Shown here piece by piece: positions 56,739-64,000 of a DNA stretch of 64,000 bases; within the stretch, counting starts at the first letter, position 1; each line of letters opens with the position of its first letter. The DNA lies in the NCBI RefSeq assembly GCF_025353885.1, contig NZ_JANXNX010000085.1, forward strand, positions 13,308-77,307. Direction: 5' to 3'. The notes under the pieces were generated by a model, which was given only the letters and a program-made list of their open reading frames with translations, made no database searches and was not told where the DNA came from. This DNA comes from Sphingomonas sp. (GTDB taxonomy: Bacteria; Pseudomonadota; Alphaproteobacteria; Sphingomonadales; Sphingomonadaceae). Both the position numbers and the translations under genes were made by a program.

Positions 56739-57524
56739 ATGACCGAGAAATTTGCAATCATAACCGGCGCGTCGACCGGGATCGGTTTTGAACTTGCCCA
56801 TCTCGCGGTCGACAACGGCTATGAACTGCTGGTCGTTGCCGACGAAGCCCTGATCAACGATGCCGCCGCCGACTTCAGGCGCAAGGGGGCCGAGGTGCAG
56901 GCAATCGAGCTCGACTTGTCGACGATCGATGGCGTCGACCAGCTTCTGGCTGCCGTCGACGGCCGTCGGGTCGACTTGCTCTGCGCCAATGCCGGCCATG
57001 GCCTGGGCCACGCGTTCCTCGATCAGGACACCGACGATTGGCGCCACGTCATCGACACCAATATTACCGGAACGCTCTATCTCGTGCAGAATGTCTTGAG
57101 GGACATGATCGTCCGTGACGACGGCAAAATCCTTGTCACCGGATCGATCGCCGGGTTTATTCCGGGTAGCTTTCAGGCCGTGTATAACGGATCAAAGGCG
57201 TTCGTAGATAGCTTCACTGATGCCCTTCGCAACGAAATCAAGGAGGCCAAGGGCATTACCATCACAACGTTGATGCCGGGCCCGGTCGAAACCGAATTTT
57301 TCGAACGTGGCGATATGCTCGACACGTCGGTTGGCGCAAATCCTAGCAAATCGGACCCCGCCGACGTTGCCAAGGATGGCTGGGACGCGCTGTTTGCCGG
57401 CAAGGCCAGCGTCGTCTCAGGCTGGAAAAACAAGATTCAGGCCGCGCTTGCCCATGTCACTCCGGCAGCGATCCTTGCCGAGCAGCACCGCAAGATGGCC
57501 GAACCCGGCACGGCCAACGATTGA
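56739..57524 (+). CDS. SDR-family oxidoreductase
   Basis: ITGASTGIG (TGxxxGxG), NAG, and the catalytic YNGSK (YxxxK). Confidence 0.92.
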   Translation: MTEKFAIITGASTGIGFELAHLAVDNGYELLVVADEALINDAAADFRRKGAEVQAIELDLSTIDGVDQLLAAVDGRRVDLLCANAGHGLGHAFLDQDTDDWRHVIDTNITGTLYLVQNVLRDMIVRDDGKILVTGSIAGFIPGSFQAVYNGSKAFVDSFTDALRNEIKEAKGITITTLMPGPVETEFFERGDMLDTSVGANPSKSDPADVAKDGWDALFAGKASVVSGWKNKIQAALAHVTPAAILAEQHRKMAEPGTAND

Positions 57525-57585
57525 TGACTGAAGGTTCAGGCGTGTTATAGCGACCGAAGATTGGTATTAGGATGCAGGACAAAGC

Positions 57586-58704
57586 GTGAAACATCAGGTT
57601 GATCGCCTCATCCTTGTTCCCGACGATATCGACCTATCGCGCTCTCCGCTCGCCGGACATCTCGGTGTCGAGACTTATGTGCTTGGCGCGTTCAACCCGG
57701 GGCTAACGCGGCTCGCCAATGGCAATTTGCTGATAATGGTGCGCGTGGCAGAGACGCTCCGTCAGCCAATCGTCGACGGCAACGTCCATGCGATTCGCTG
57801 GGAGGCTGGCAGATACCTTCGCGACGCGTGGCCGCTCGCCCTTGCCGACACCGCCGACCCGCGCAAGTTCATGCTTGATGGTGGCGGCTGGAAAGTGATG
57901 GCGCTAACGTCGCTGTCATGGCTGCTTCCGGTCGAACTCAGCCCCGATGGTCTAGAGCGCGTCGCCATCCACTACGACCGAGCCGTCGCGCCCGCTTATG
58001 ATTTCCAATGCTATGGGCTTGAGGACGCGCGCATCAGCCGGGTCGATGGCAAATATCTGATGACGACCTGTTCGGTCAGCCCGGAACGTCATTCGACGAC
58101 ACTCTACAGTTCGGAAAATGGGCTGGACTGGCAGTTCGAGGATATCGTCCTGGATCACCAGAACAAGGACATGCTGATATTCGAAGGTTTGATCGATAAG
58201 CAGTTTTGGGCGCAAACCCGGCCGCTCGGGGACCTGTATTTTACCTATCCGCCCGGGAGCGAGTGGCGCTCGGGGCCGTCGATAAACCTTGCGGTTTCCC
58301 CCGACGCGCATTTCTGGAAGCCTTATCGTAAGCCCGGCATCCGCCCCGCCGCCGGGACCGTCGCCACTGCGCGCATGGGCGGCGGCGCACCGCCGATCCT
58401 GACTGATGAAGGCTGGCTTACGCTCTGGCATGGCGTCGAGCCCAACGGTATTGTCGGCATTTATCGCACTTACTGGTCGATCCTTGATCGCACCGATCCG
58501 AGCATCGTCGTCCGCACCCAGCAACAACCATTACTGGAAGCCAACGCTGACCTGACGCAGCCGATCGACCACCAGATGTATATCCGTGACGTCGTCTTCA
58601 CGACCGGCATTGCGGATGCCAAGGACTATTATGTCGTGGCTTCGGGAGAGGCCGACCTGGCATGTCGGATCACGCATATCCATAAGGATGTATTTAGAAC
58701 TTAG
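57586..58704 (+). CDS. GH130-family glycosidase/phosphorylase-like beta-propeller protein
   Basis: GTG start. Motifs resemble GH130: LEDARISRVDGKYLMT, NKDMLIFEG, GGGAPPILTDEGWLTLWHGV, YRTYWSILDRTDPSIV and IRDVVFTTG. Confidence 0.7.
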   Translation: MKHQVDRLILVPDDIDLSRSPLAGHLGVETYVLGAFNPGLTRLANGNLLIMVRVAETLRQPIVDGNVHAIRWEAGRYLRDAWPLALADTADPRKFMLDGGGWKVMALTSLSWLLPVELSPDGLERVAIHYDRAVAPAYDFQCYGLEDARISRVDGKYLMTTCSVSPERHSTTLYSSENGLDWQFEDIVLDHQNKDMLIFEGLIDKQFWAQTRPLGDLYFTYPPGSEWRSGPSINLAVSPDAHFWKPYRKPGIRPAAGTVATARMGGGAPPILTDEGWLTLWHGVEPNGIVGIYRTYWSILDRTDPSIVVRTQQQPLLEANADLTQPIDHQMYIRDVVFTTGIADAKDYYVVASGEADLACRITHIHKDVFRT

Positions 58705-60500
58705 AGCGGCGCGCAAACCTCGGCCAACCAGACCGCGGCGTCCCCATCGAGCTGTGATCCCACGATCGCCAGCACCTGCGCATGATAGCCGTCGATCCAC
58801 GCCCGCTCCGCGCCGGTCAGCATCGTGATATCCATCATGTTCCGGTCAATCGGCGCAAAGGTCAGCGTCTCGAAACCCAGCATGGTCATGTCGCCATCGG
58901 GGAAGTGACGCGTTTCGACCAGCACCAAATTCTCGATCCTGATCCCGTAAGCATCGGGTTTGTAATAGCCCGGCTCGTTCGACAGGAACATACCCGCGCG
59001 CAATGGCTCCTCGGTCCCGGCCTGCCCGCCGCCGGGCTTGGCGATCCGTTGCGGCCCCTCGTGCACCGCCAGAAAGGCACCGACGCCATGCCCGGTGCCG
59101 TGGGCGTAATCGAGACCCGCTGCCCACAGGAATTGCCGCGCAAAGCCGTCGAGCTGGCTACCGCGTGTTCCCTCCGGAAAAACCGCCGTCGCCAGGGCAA
59201 TGTGACCTTTCAGCACGCGGGTAAAACGATCGCGAACGTCCGATGGGGCCGCACCCGGCCCGACCCAGATCGTCCGGGTCACGTCGGTTGTACCGTCGGC
59301 ATATTGGCCGCCGGAATCGCAGAGATACACCGACGATGGCTCGATCCGTCGGTCGGTGGTTACATCGGCCTTGTAATGCATGATCGCTCCGTGCGGCCCC
59401 GCGCCCGAAATCGTATCGAAGCTGAGGTCGACCAACTTGTCCGAACCGCGCCGGAACGTCTCCAGCTGATCCGAGGCTGAAATTTCGGTCAGCCTGCCTG
59501 TGGGTGCTTCCACCGAAAGCCAATGAAGATAACGGGACAGTGCCGCACCATCACGGGCGTGGGCGTTGCGCGACCCGACCTGCTCGGCATGATTCTTGAT
59601 CGCCTTGGCCAACACGGCCGGATCGCGCACTGCCACCAGTGTCGCGCCACCCTTTTCCAGCGCGTCGAATACCGCTGCCACCGCCCGCTCCGCATCGACG
59701 GCAACCCGCTGGCCTGCCAACCCCGAAAGGGCAGTCGCGAATTCGGTGCGGTCATGCAATCGCACGCCATTGCCCAAATGCCCCCGCACCGCATCGTCAA
59801 TCTTGTCTGGAGCGATAAACAGGTCAGCTGTCGCATCCGCGTTAAGGATTGCAAATGCCAACCCGACCGGAGTGTGAGTCACATCTGTGCCGCGCACGTT
59901 AAACGTCCACGCAATCGAATCGAGCGCGGTCATCACCGTTGCATCAAGGCCCTCCTTGGTCAGCCAGTCGGCAATCTCGGCACGTTTGTCCGCCGACGAC
60001 CGTCCCGCCAGCGCGGTCTCCTGCACCGAAATCCGCGCCTGCGACTGGACGGGCTGATCATCCCAGACGGCGTCGATCGGGTTGGCGGTCACCGGCACCA
60101 GCTCGACACCCTTGGCGTTCAGCGCGGATTTCGCCGCCGCTACCCAGTCGCGCGTGTGCAACCATGGGTCATAGCCGATCCGGCCGCCCACCGTGGCATG
60201 CTCGCGCAACCAGTCTGCGATGCTGGTCTGCGGCACGCCCATATAGGCCCAGTCGTCCCCCGACACCTGCGCGCGGACCTGCAAGGTATAGCGCCCGTCG
60301 ACGAAGATCGCCGCCTGTTCGGGCAACACCACCGCCGCGCCTGCCGACCCCTTGAACCCCGTCAGCCATTCAAGTCGCTTGGCATAATCGCCGACATATT
60401 CGGACATATGCTCGTCGGTGAGAGGCACCACAAAACCGTCGAGTTTTTGCGTGGCAAGCTGGGCACGAACTGCGGAAAGGCGATCGGCGTAGGTGGACAT
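58701..60500 (-). CDS. pepP: Aminopeptidase P family (M24B Xaa-Pro aminopeptidase)
   Basis: 599 aa with a creatinase/prolidase N-domain pair and the M24 metal-ligand context (YLCDSGGQY.DGTTDVTRT, HGTGHGVG, SNEPGYY, IRIENL). Confidence 0.9.
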   Translation of the reverse strand: MSTYADRLSAVRAQLATQKLDGFVVPLTDEHMSEYVGDYAKRLEWLTGFKGSAGAAVVLPEQAAIFVDGRYTLQVRAQVSGDDWAYMGVPQTSIADWLREHATVGGRIGYDPWLHTRDWVAAAKSALNAKGVELVPVTANPIDAVWDDQPVQSQARISVQETALAGRSSADKRAEIADWLTKEGLDATVMTALDSIAWTFNVRGTDVTHTPVGLAFAILNADATADLFIAPDKIDDAVRGHLGNGVRLHDRTEFATALSGLAGQRVAVDAERAVAAVFDALEKGGATLVAVRDPAVLAKAIKNHAEQVGSRNAHARDGAALSRYLHWLSVEAPTGRLTEISASDQLETFRRGSDKLVDLSFDTISGAGPHGAIMHYKADVTTDRRIEPSSVYLCDSGGQYADGTTDVTRTIWVGPGAAPSDVRDRFTRVLKGHIALATAVFPEGTRGSQLDGFARQFLWAAGLDYAHGTGHGVGAFLAVHEGPQRIAKPGGGQAGTEEPLRAGMFLSNEPGYYKPDAYGIRIENLVLVETRHFPDGDMTMLGFETLTFAPIDRNMMDITMLTGAERAWIDGYHAQVLAIVGSQLDGDAAVWLAEVCAPL

Positions 60501-60555
60501 GGCGGCGATCTTTGCTTCTTAGGGAGCGGACAACCAACATAGGTATCATTCGCCG

Positions 60556-62619
60556 ATGACTCCACCCCTTGCCGCGCGCCGCCCGTCCACCACGATCCAC
60601 CACGGCACTGCCCTGTCAGACGACTATGCCTGGCTGCGCGATCCGGGGTATCCAGAGGTAACCGATCCCGAAATCCTCGATCATCTAAAGGCCGAAAATG
60701 CCTATTTCGAGGAGCAGATGGCCCCGCATCAGCCGCTGATCGAAACGCTGTTTCGGGAGATGAAGGGCCGCATCAAGGAGGACGACGCGTCGGTTCCAGC
60801 CAAGGACGGCGCATATTTGTATTGGCGCGCGTTCGAGATGGGCGGACAATATCGCAAATGGTGGCGCAAACCCATCGCAGACGGGCCCGACGAACTCATC
60901 CTCGACGAGCCCGCACTTGCCGAAGGCCATGAATATTTCCGGGTTGGCGCAGTCTCGCTGACTGAAGACGGGCGCTTCCTCGTGTACGCGGTCGATGACG
61001 ACGGGTCGGAACGTTACACCGCGCGCGTCCGCGACCTGCAGTCCGGCGAACTGCTGGCCGACACGGTTGTCGGGACGATGGGTGCGCTGGTTTGGAATGC
61101 CGATGGGTCGGCCTTCCTCTATGGCCAGGTCAACGAACAGTGGCGCGTCGATACGATCCGGCTCCACCGGATCGGCACTGCCGTTGCCGAAGACGTGAAG
61201 ATATTTCACGAGGAAGACATCGGGTTTCAGTGCGGTGCAGGAATGACGCACGACCGCAAATGGATCGCGATCGCAACGGGCGACAACACCACCAGCGAAG
61301 TCCACCTTCTGCCAGCGACCGACCCGCTTGCAGAACCCATCCTCGTGCGTGCGCGCCAGGCGGGTGTGGAGTATGACGTTGAGACACATGACGACCAGTT
61401 GTTCATCGTTACCAACGACACCGACACAAACTTTCGCCTTGCGACGGCGACATTGTCCGTGCCCGCGGAATGGCGTGAACTGATCGGGCCTCGCCGCGAC
61501 TTCTACCTGACCGACGTGTCATGCTTTGCCGGCTTTTTCGTCGTCGAGGGGCGTGAGAACGGCCTCGATCAGGTCGAGATCCATGATTATGCGGGCGGCC
61601 CACCCAAGCGCATCGCATTTCCTGAAACAAGCTACGCCGCCGGCCTGGACGAGAATGCCGAATACGCAACCGGCACACTGCGCTTGTCGTATGAATCGAT
61701 GATCAGCCCCGACCGCGTGATGGCTTATGATGTGGCCTCCGCGACGATGACCACGCTGAAGGAGCAGATCATTCCTTCCGGGTACGACCGTGATCGCTAC
61801 GCGACCGAACGACTGGAGATCGTCGCCCGCGACGGCACCCGCGTGCCAGCGTCCGTCGTCTTTGCAAAGGACTTCCCCAGGGACGGCTCTCGTCCGCTGT
61901 ATCTTTACGGCTACGGCGCGTACGGCATTGCCATACCCCCGGGCTTCTCGCCGCTTCGTCTCAGCTTGCTCGATCGCGGATTTGCCTTTGCGGTCGCGCA
62001 TATTCGTGGCGGCGATGACCTCGGCCAGCAGTGGCAACTCGACGGCAAGCTGGAAAAACGCTGGAATGCCTTTACCGATTTCGTCGATGTCGCGCGCGGG
62101 CTGTGCGACTTGGGCTTTACCTCTCCCGGGAAAGTCTGCGCCGCGGGCGGCTCTGCTGGCGGCGAACTGATGGGGGTCGTGATCAACACCGATCCGGACC
62201 TGTTCGGATCGGTCGCCGCGCACGTCCCGTTTGTCGATGTCCTGAATACGATGCTCGACGATACGTTGCCGCTCACGCCCGGCGAATGGCCCGAATGGGG
62301 TAATCCGATTGTCGACAAGGCGGCTTTTGATCTGATTCGGAGTTATTCGCCCTATGATAATGTATCGGCGCAGGCTTACCCGCCAATGCTGATAACCGCA
62401 GGACTGAACGACCCGCGCGTTACGTACTGGGAACCCGCAAAGTGGTGCGCCCGGCTTCGCGAACTGAAGACCGACGACAGCGTCCTGCTGTTAAAGACGA
62501 ACATGGGCGCAGGCCATGGCGGTAAGTCGGGCCGCTTCGAGTCGTTGCGCGAGGCAGCGGAGGAGTTTGCGTTTTTTCTTTGGCAAATGAAGTGCGGAGA
62601 AGCACACCCGACCCCTTGA
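60556..62619 (+). CDS. ptrB: S9A prolyl oligopeptidase family protein (oligopeptidase B-like)
   Basis: 687 aa with an N-terminal beta-propeller and a C-terminal hydrolase domain. The nucleophile elbow is GGSAGGELMG, followed by later D and H (GAGHGG) triad residues. Confidence 0.9.
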   Translation: MTPPLAARRPSTTIHHGTALSDDYAWLRDPGYPEVTDPEILDHLKAENAYFEEQMAPHQPLIETLFREMKGRIKEDDASVPAKDGAYLYWRAFEMGGQYRKWWRKPIADGPDELILDEPALAEGHEYFRVGAVSLTEDGRFLVYAVDDDGSERYTARVRDLQSGELLADTVVGTMGALVWNADGSAFLYGQVNEQWRVDTIRLHRIGTAVAEDVKIFHEEDIGFQCGAGMTHDRKWIAIATGDNTTSEVHLLPATDPLAEPILVRARQAGVEYDVETHDDQLFIVTNDTDTNFRLATATLSVPAEWRELIGPRRDFYLTDVSCFAGFFVVEGRENGLDQVEIHDYAGGPPKRIAFPETSYAAGLDENAEYATGTLRLSYESMISPDRVMAYDVASATMTTLKEQIIPSGYDRDRYATERLEIVARDGTRVPASVVFAKDFPRDGSRPLYLYGYGAYGIAIPPGFSPLRLSLLDRGFAFAVAHIRGGDDLGQQWQLDGKLEKRWNAFTDFVDVARGLCDLGFTSPGKVCAAGGSAGGELMGVVINTDPDLFGSVAAHVPFVDVLNTMLDDTLPLTPGEWPEWGNPIVDKAAFDLIRSYSPYDNVSAQAYPPMLITAGLNDPRVTYWEPAKWCARLRELKTDDSVLLLKTNMGAGHGGKSGRFESLREAAEEFAFFLWQMKCGEAHPTP

Positions 62620-62684
62620 GTCATATAGTTGTCATATATCTGAAATACAGGTGTCATGCGATCAGCGTTCGGCTGTCATAATCG
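62619..62684 (+). promoter_or_regulatory. Phased array of Pho-box-like heptamers (TGTCATA) upstream of porin gene
   Basis: Read in 11-nt registers from 62619: AGTCATA, TGTCATA, TGAAATA, TGTCATG, (CAGCGTT), TGTCATA. That is four strong and one partial match at spacings of 11, 22 and 22 nt. The PhoB box consensus is CTGTCAT-N4-CTGTCAT. Confidence 0.4.
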
Positions 62685-62735
62685 GCGCTTAGGAAATTAA
62701 TTCTAGGTGGTCGCTTTGGATAACGAGGGATTCCA

Positions 62736-64000
62736 ATGCTTAAGTCTCGCCTGCTGCTCGGAGCAGTAAGTTTCTCTACGCTCGTCATGACAGTTCCTGC
62801 CGTTGCCAAGCCAGCCAAACACGCTGCCGCCTCAAGCAGCGCCGCCGAGCTCAAGGCGCTGCGTGAACAGATCGAAATTCTAACTGCTCGTCTCGACGCC
62901 CAGGAAGCGGCAACGCTGCAGACGCAAAGTACGACGCGCGAAGTCCAGGCCCAGGCCGCCACAGCACAGGCCCAAGCTGAAGCGGCTACTGCAGCAACGG
63001 CGACCGTTCCTACCCAGGTCAAGACTGCCATGGCCGCAAACGCGCCAAAGGCTGCCGCTGCCGCATGGTTCAACGACACGTCGATCTCTGGTCGCATGTA
63101 TTTCAATGCGTCGAACATCAATCAGCAGCTGAATGGCGCAAAGACCGCTTCGACGGGCACGGGTTTCAACATCAAGCGCTTCTATCTCGGCGTCGATCAC
63201 AAGTTCGATAAGATGTTCTCGGCCAATCTGACGATGGACGTAAGCAACGTCGTCGGGCGCACGTCGAGCGGAAACTTTTCGGGCAACACAGTCGGCGTAA
63301 CTCTGCCCCCCGTGGGCGCGCCAGGCGCCCCACAAACCGCCGGAGTAACGCAGAGCGACTATGGTCTGGTCGGCAAGGGCTTTTACATCAAGAAAGCCTA
63401 TCTGCAGGCCAAGTTCGATCCTGCTCTCACGGTCCGCCTCGGTGCTGCCGATATGCCTTGGGTTCCTTATGTCGAGGGTATCTACGGGTATCGCCACATC
63501 GAGAACACGCTTGCCGATCGTACCAGCTTTGCAACTTCGTCCGACTGGGGCGTTCACGTTCTTGGCGACCTCGCCGACGGGATTGTTTCGTACCAGGTAT
63601 CGGTTGTTGACGGCGGCACCTATCGCAACGTCAAGGTCACCAGGAGTGTCGATGTCGAAGGCCGCGTGTCGGTTGCCTACAAGGGCTTTTTTGGCGCGGT
63701 CGGCGGCTACACCGGCAAGCTCGGCAACAATGTCCAGAGCGTTACGACCACGCCCACCACATTCCGTACAGCAAGCCGGTTCGATGGCTTGATCGGATAC
63801 AAGAACAAGCTGTTTACGATCGGTGGCGAATATTTCTACGCCAAGAACTACGCAAGCAGCAATACACCGAACTACATTACCTCACCAATTCTGTCCGACA
63901 AGGCCGAGGGTTACTCGGGCTTCGCTTCAGTAAACTTCATGCCCCAGTGGAGCGCGTTCGGTCGCTACGACCATCTAAAGCCTACTAAGGATGTCATCCC
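62736..64000 (+). CDS. Outer-membrane porin with N-terminal coiled coil, 5' part (possibly OprO/OprP-type anion porin); continues past window end
   Basis: ATG 62736 with GAGGGA at -6. Signal peptide MLKSRLLLGAVSFSTLVMTVPAVA, a coiled coil ELKALREQIEILTARLDAQEAA..., then amphipathic beta-strand repeats (ISGRMYFNA, FNIKRFYLGVDHKF, GFYIKKAYLQAKF, FTIGGEYFYAKNY, SAFGRYDHL). The frame stays open to position 64000, so it is missing from the ORF track. Confidence 0.7.
   Translation, partial: MLKSRLLLGAVSFSTLVMTVPAVAKPAKHAAASSSAAELKALREQIEILTARLDAQEAATLQTQSTTREVQAQAATAQAQAEAATAATATVPTQVKTAMAANAPKAAAAAWFNDTSISGRMYFNASNINQQLNGAKTASTGTGFNIKRFYLGVDHKFDKMFSANLTMDVSNVVGRTSSGNFSGNTVGVTLPPVGAPGAPQTAGVTQSDYGLVGKGFYIKKAYLQAKFDPALTVRLGAADMPWVPYVEGIYGYRHIENTLADRTSFATSSDWGVHVLGDLADGIVSYQVSVVDGGTYRNVKVTRSVDVEGRVSVAYKGFFGAVGGYTGKLGNNVQSVTTTPTTFRTASRFDGLIGYKNKLFTIGGEYFYAKNYASSNTPNYITSPILSDKAEGYSGFASVNFMPQWSAFGRYDHLKPTKDVI

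Noticed and set aside
58701-58704. Convergent genes with overlapping or abutting stops: GH130-like and pepP overlap by 4 nt, and the OMF and 71-aa gene stops at 52681/52683 are 1 nt apart. There is no room for terminators.
   Set aside because: This is real but common in compact GC-rich genomes. It has no further implication without transcript data.

Overview
High-GC (roughly 65%) alphaproteobacterial chromosome segment. By gene order and protein sequences it most resembles a Sphingomonadaceae genome (inference, no search run). The core content on the minus strand is secF (partial)-secD-yajC, then an OmpR-type regulator/histidine kinase pair ahead of a 955-aa M16 peptidase. This is followed by a dGTPase-like HD protein and a complete, almost gap-free dcw cluster: mraZ-rsmH-ftsL-ftsI-murE-murF-mraY-murD-ftsW-murG-murC-murB-ddl-ftsQ-ftsA-ftsZ, then a TPR/SPOR protein. 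Other housekeeping genes are tRNA-Pro(GGG), hslVU, cysK, a GT87/DUF2029 membrane glycosyltransferase, purC, purS-purQ, yhhQ and tRNA-Arg(UCU). The right-hand part holds a TetR plus RND efflux operon, a family III CoA-transferase, an SRPBCC/Zn-ADH/SDR trio, a GH130-like protein, aminopeptidase P, oligopeptidase B and the 5' part of a porin gene. I saw no rRNA, CRISPR array, transposase or integrase. Accessory-looking pieces are: (1) a ~1.1 kb low-GC insertion right after tRNA-Pro carrying one unrecognisable 290-aa gene; (2) a GH108 endolysin plus 3-TM holin pair of the gene-transfer-agent type followed by an extended Yip1 membrane protein; (3) a lipid kinase plus a TbpB-like surface lipoprotein/Slam (DUF560) pair between purC and purSQ; (4) a small gene and a PRC-barrel membrane protein next to tRNA-Arg; (5) an unknown 135-aa protein translationally coupled to the RND operon. 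Candidate regulatory signals read from the sequence are a phased array of Pho-box-like TGTCATA heptamers ahead of the porin, an EcfG-type (GGAAC-N16-GGTT) promoter ahead of the SRPBCC/ADH/SDR genes, palindromic TetR-operator candidates, and REP-like GC hairpins. I did not find an unambiguous novel multi-gene system. The best candidates for follow-up are the surface lipoprotein/Slam pair, the tRNA-Pro orphan gene and the RND-coupled small protein. Many long ORFs in the track are antisense artefacts of GC-rich coding DNA. Several longest-ORF starts (murD, murB, dgt-like, murF, ddl, response regulator) are over-extended and are corrected here using stop/start overlaps.
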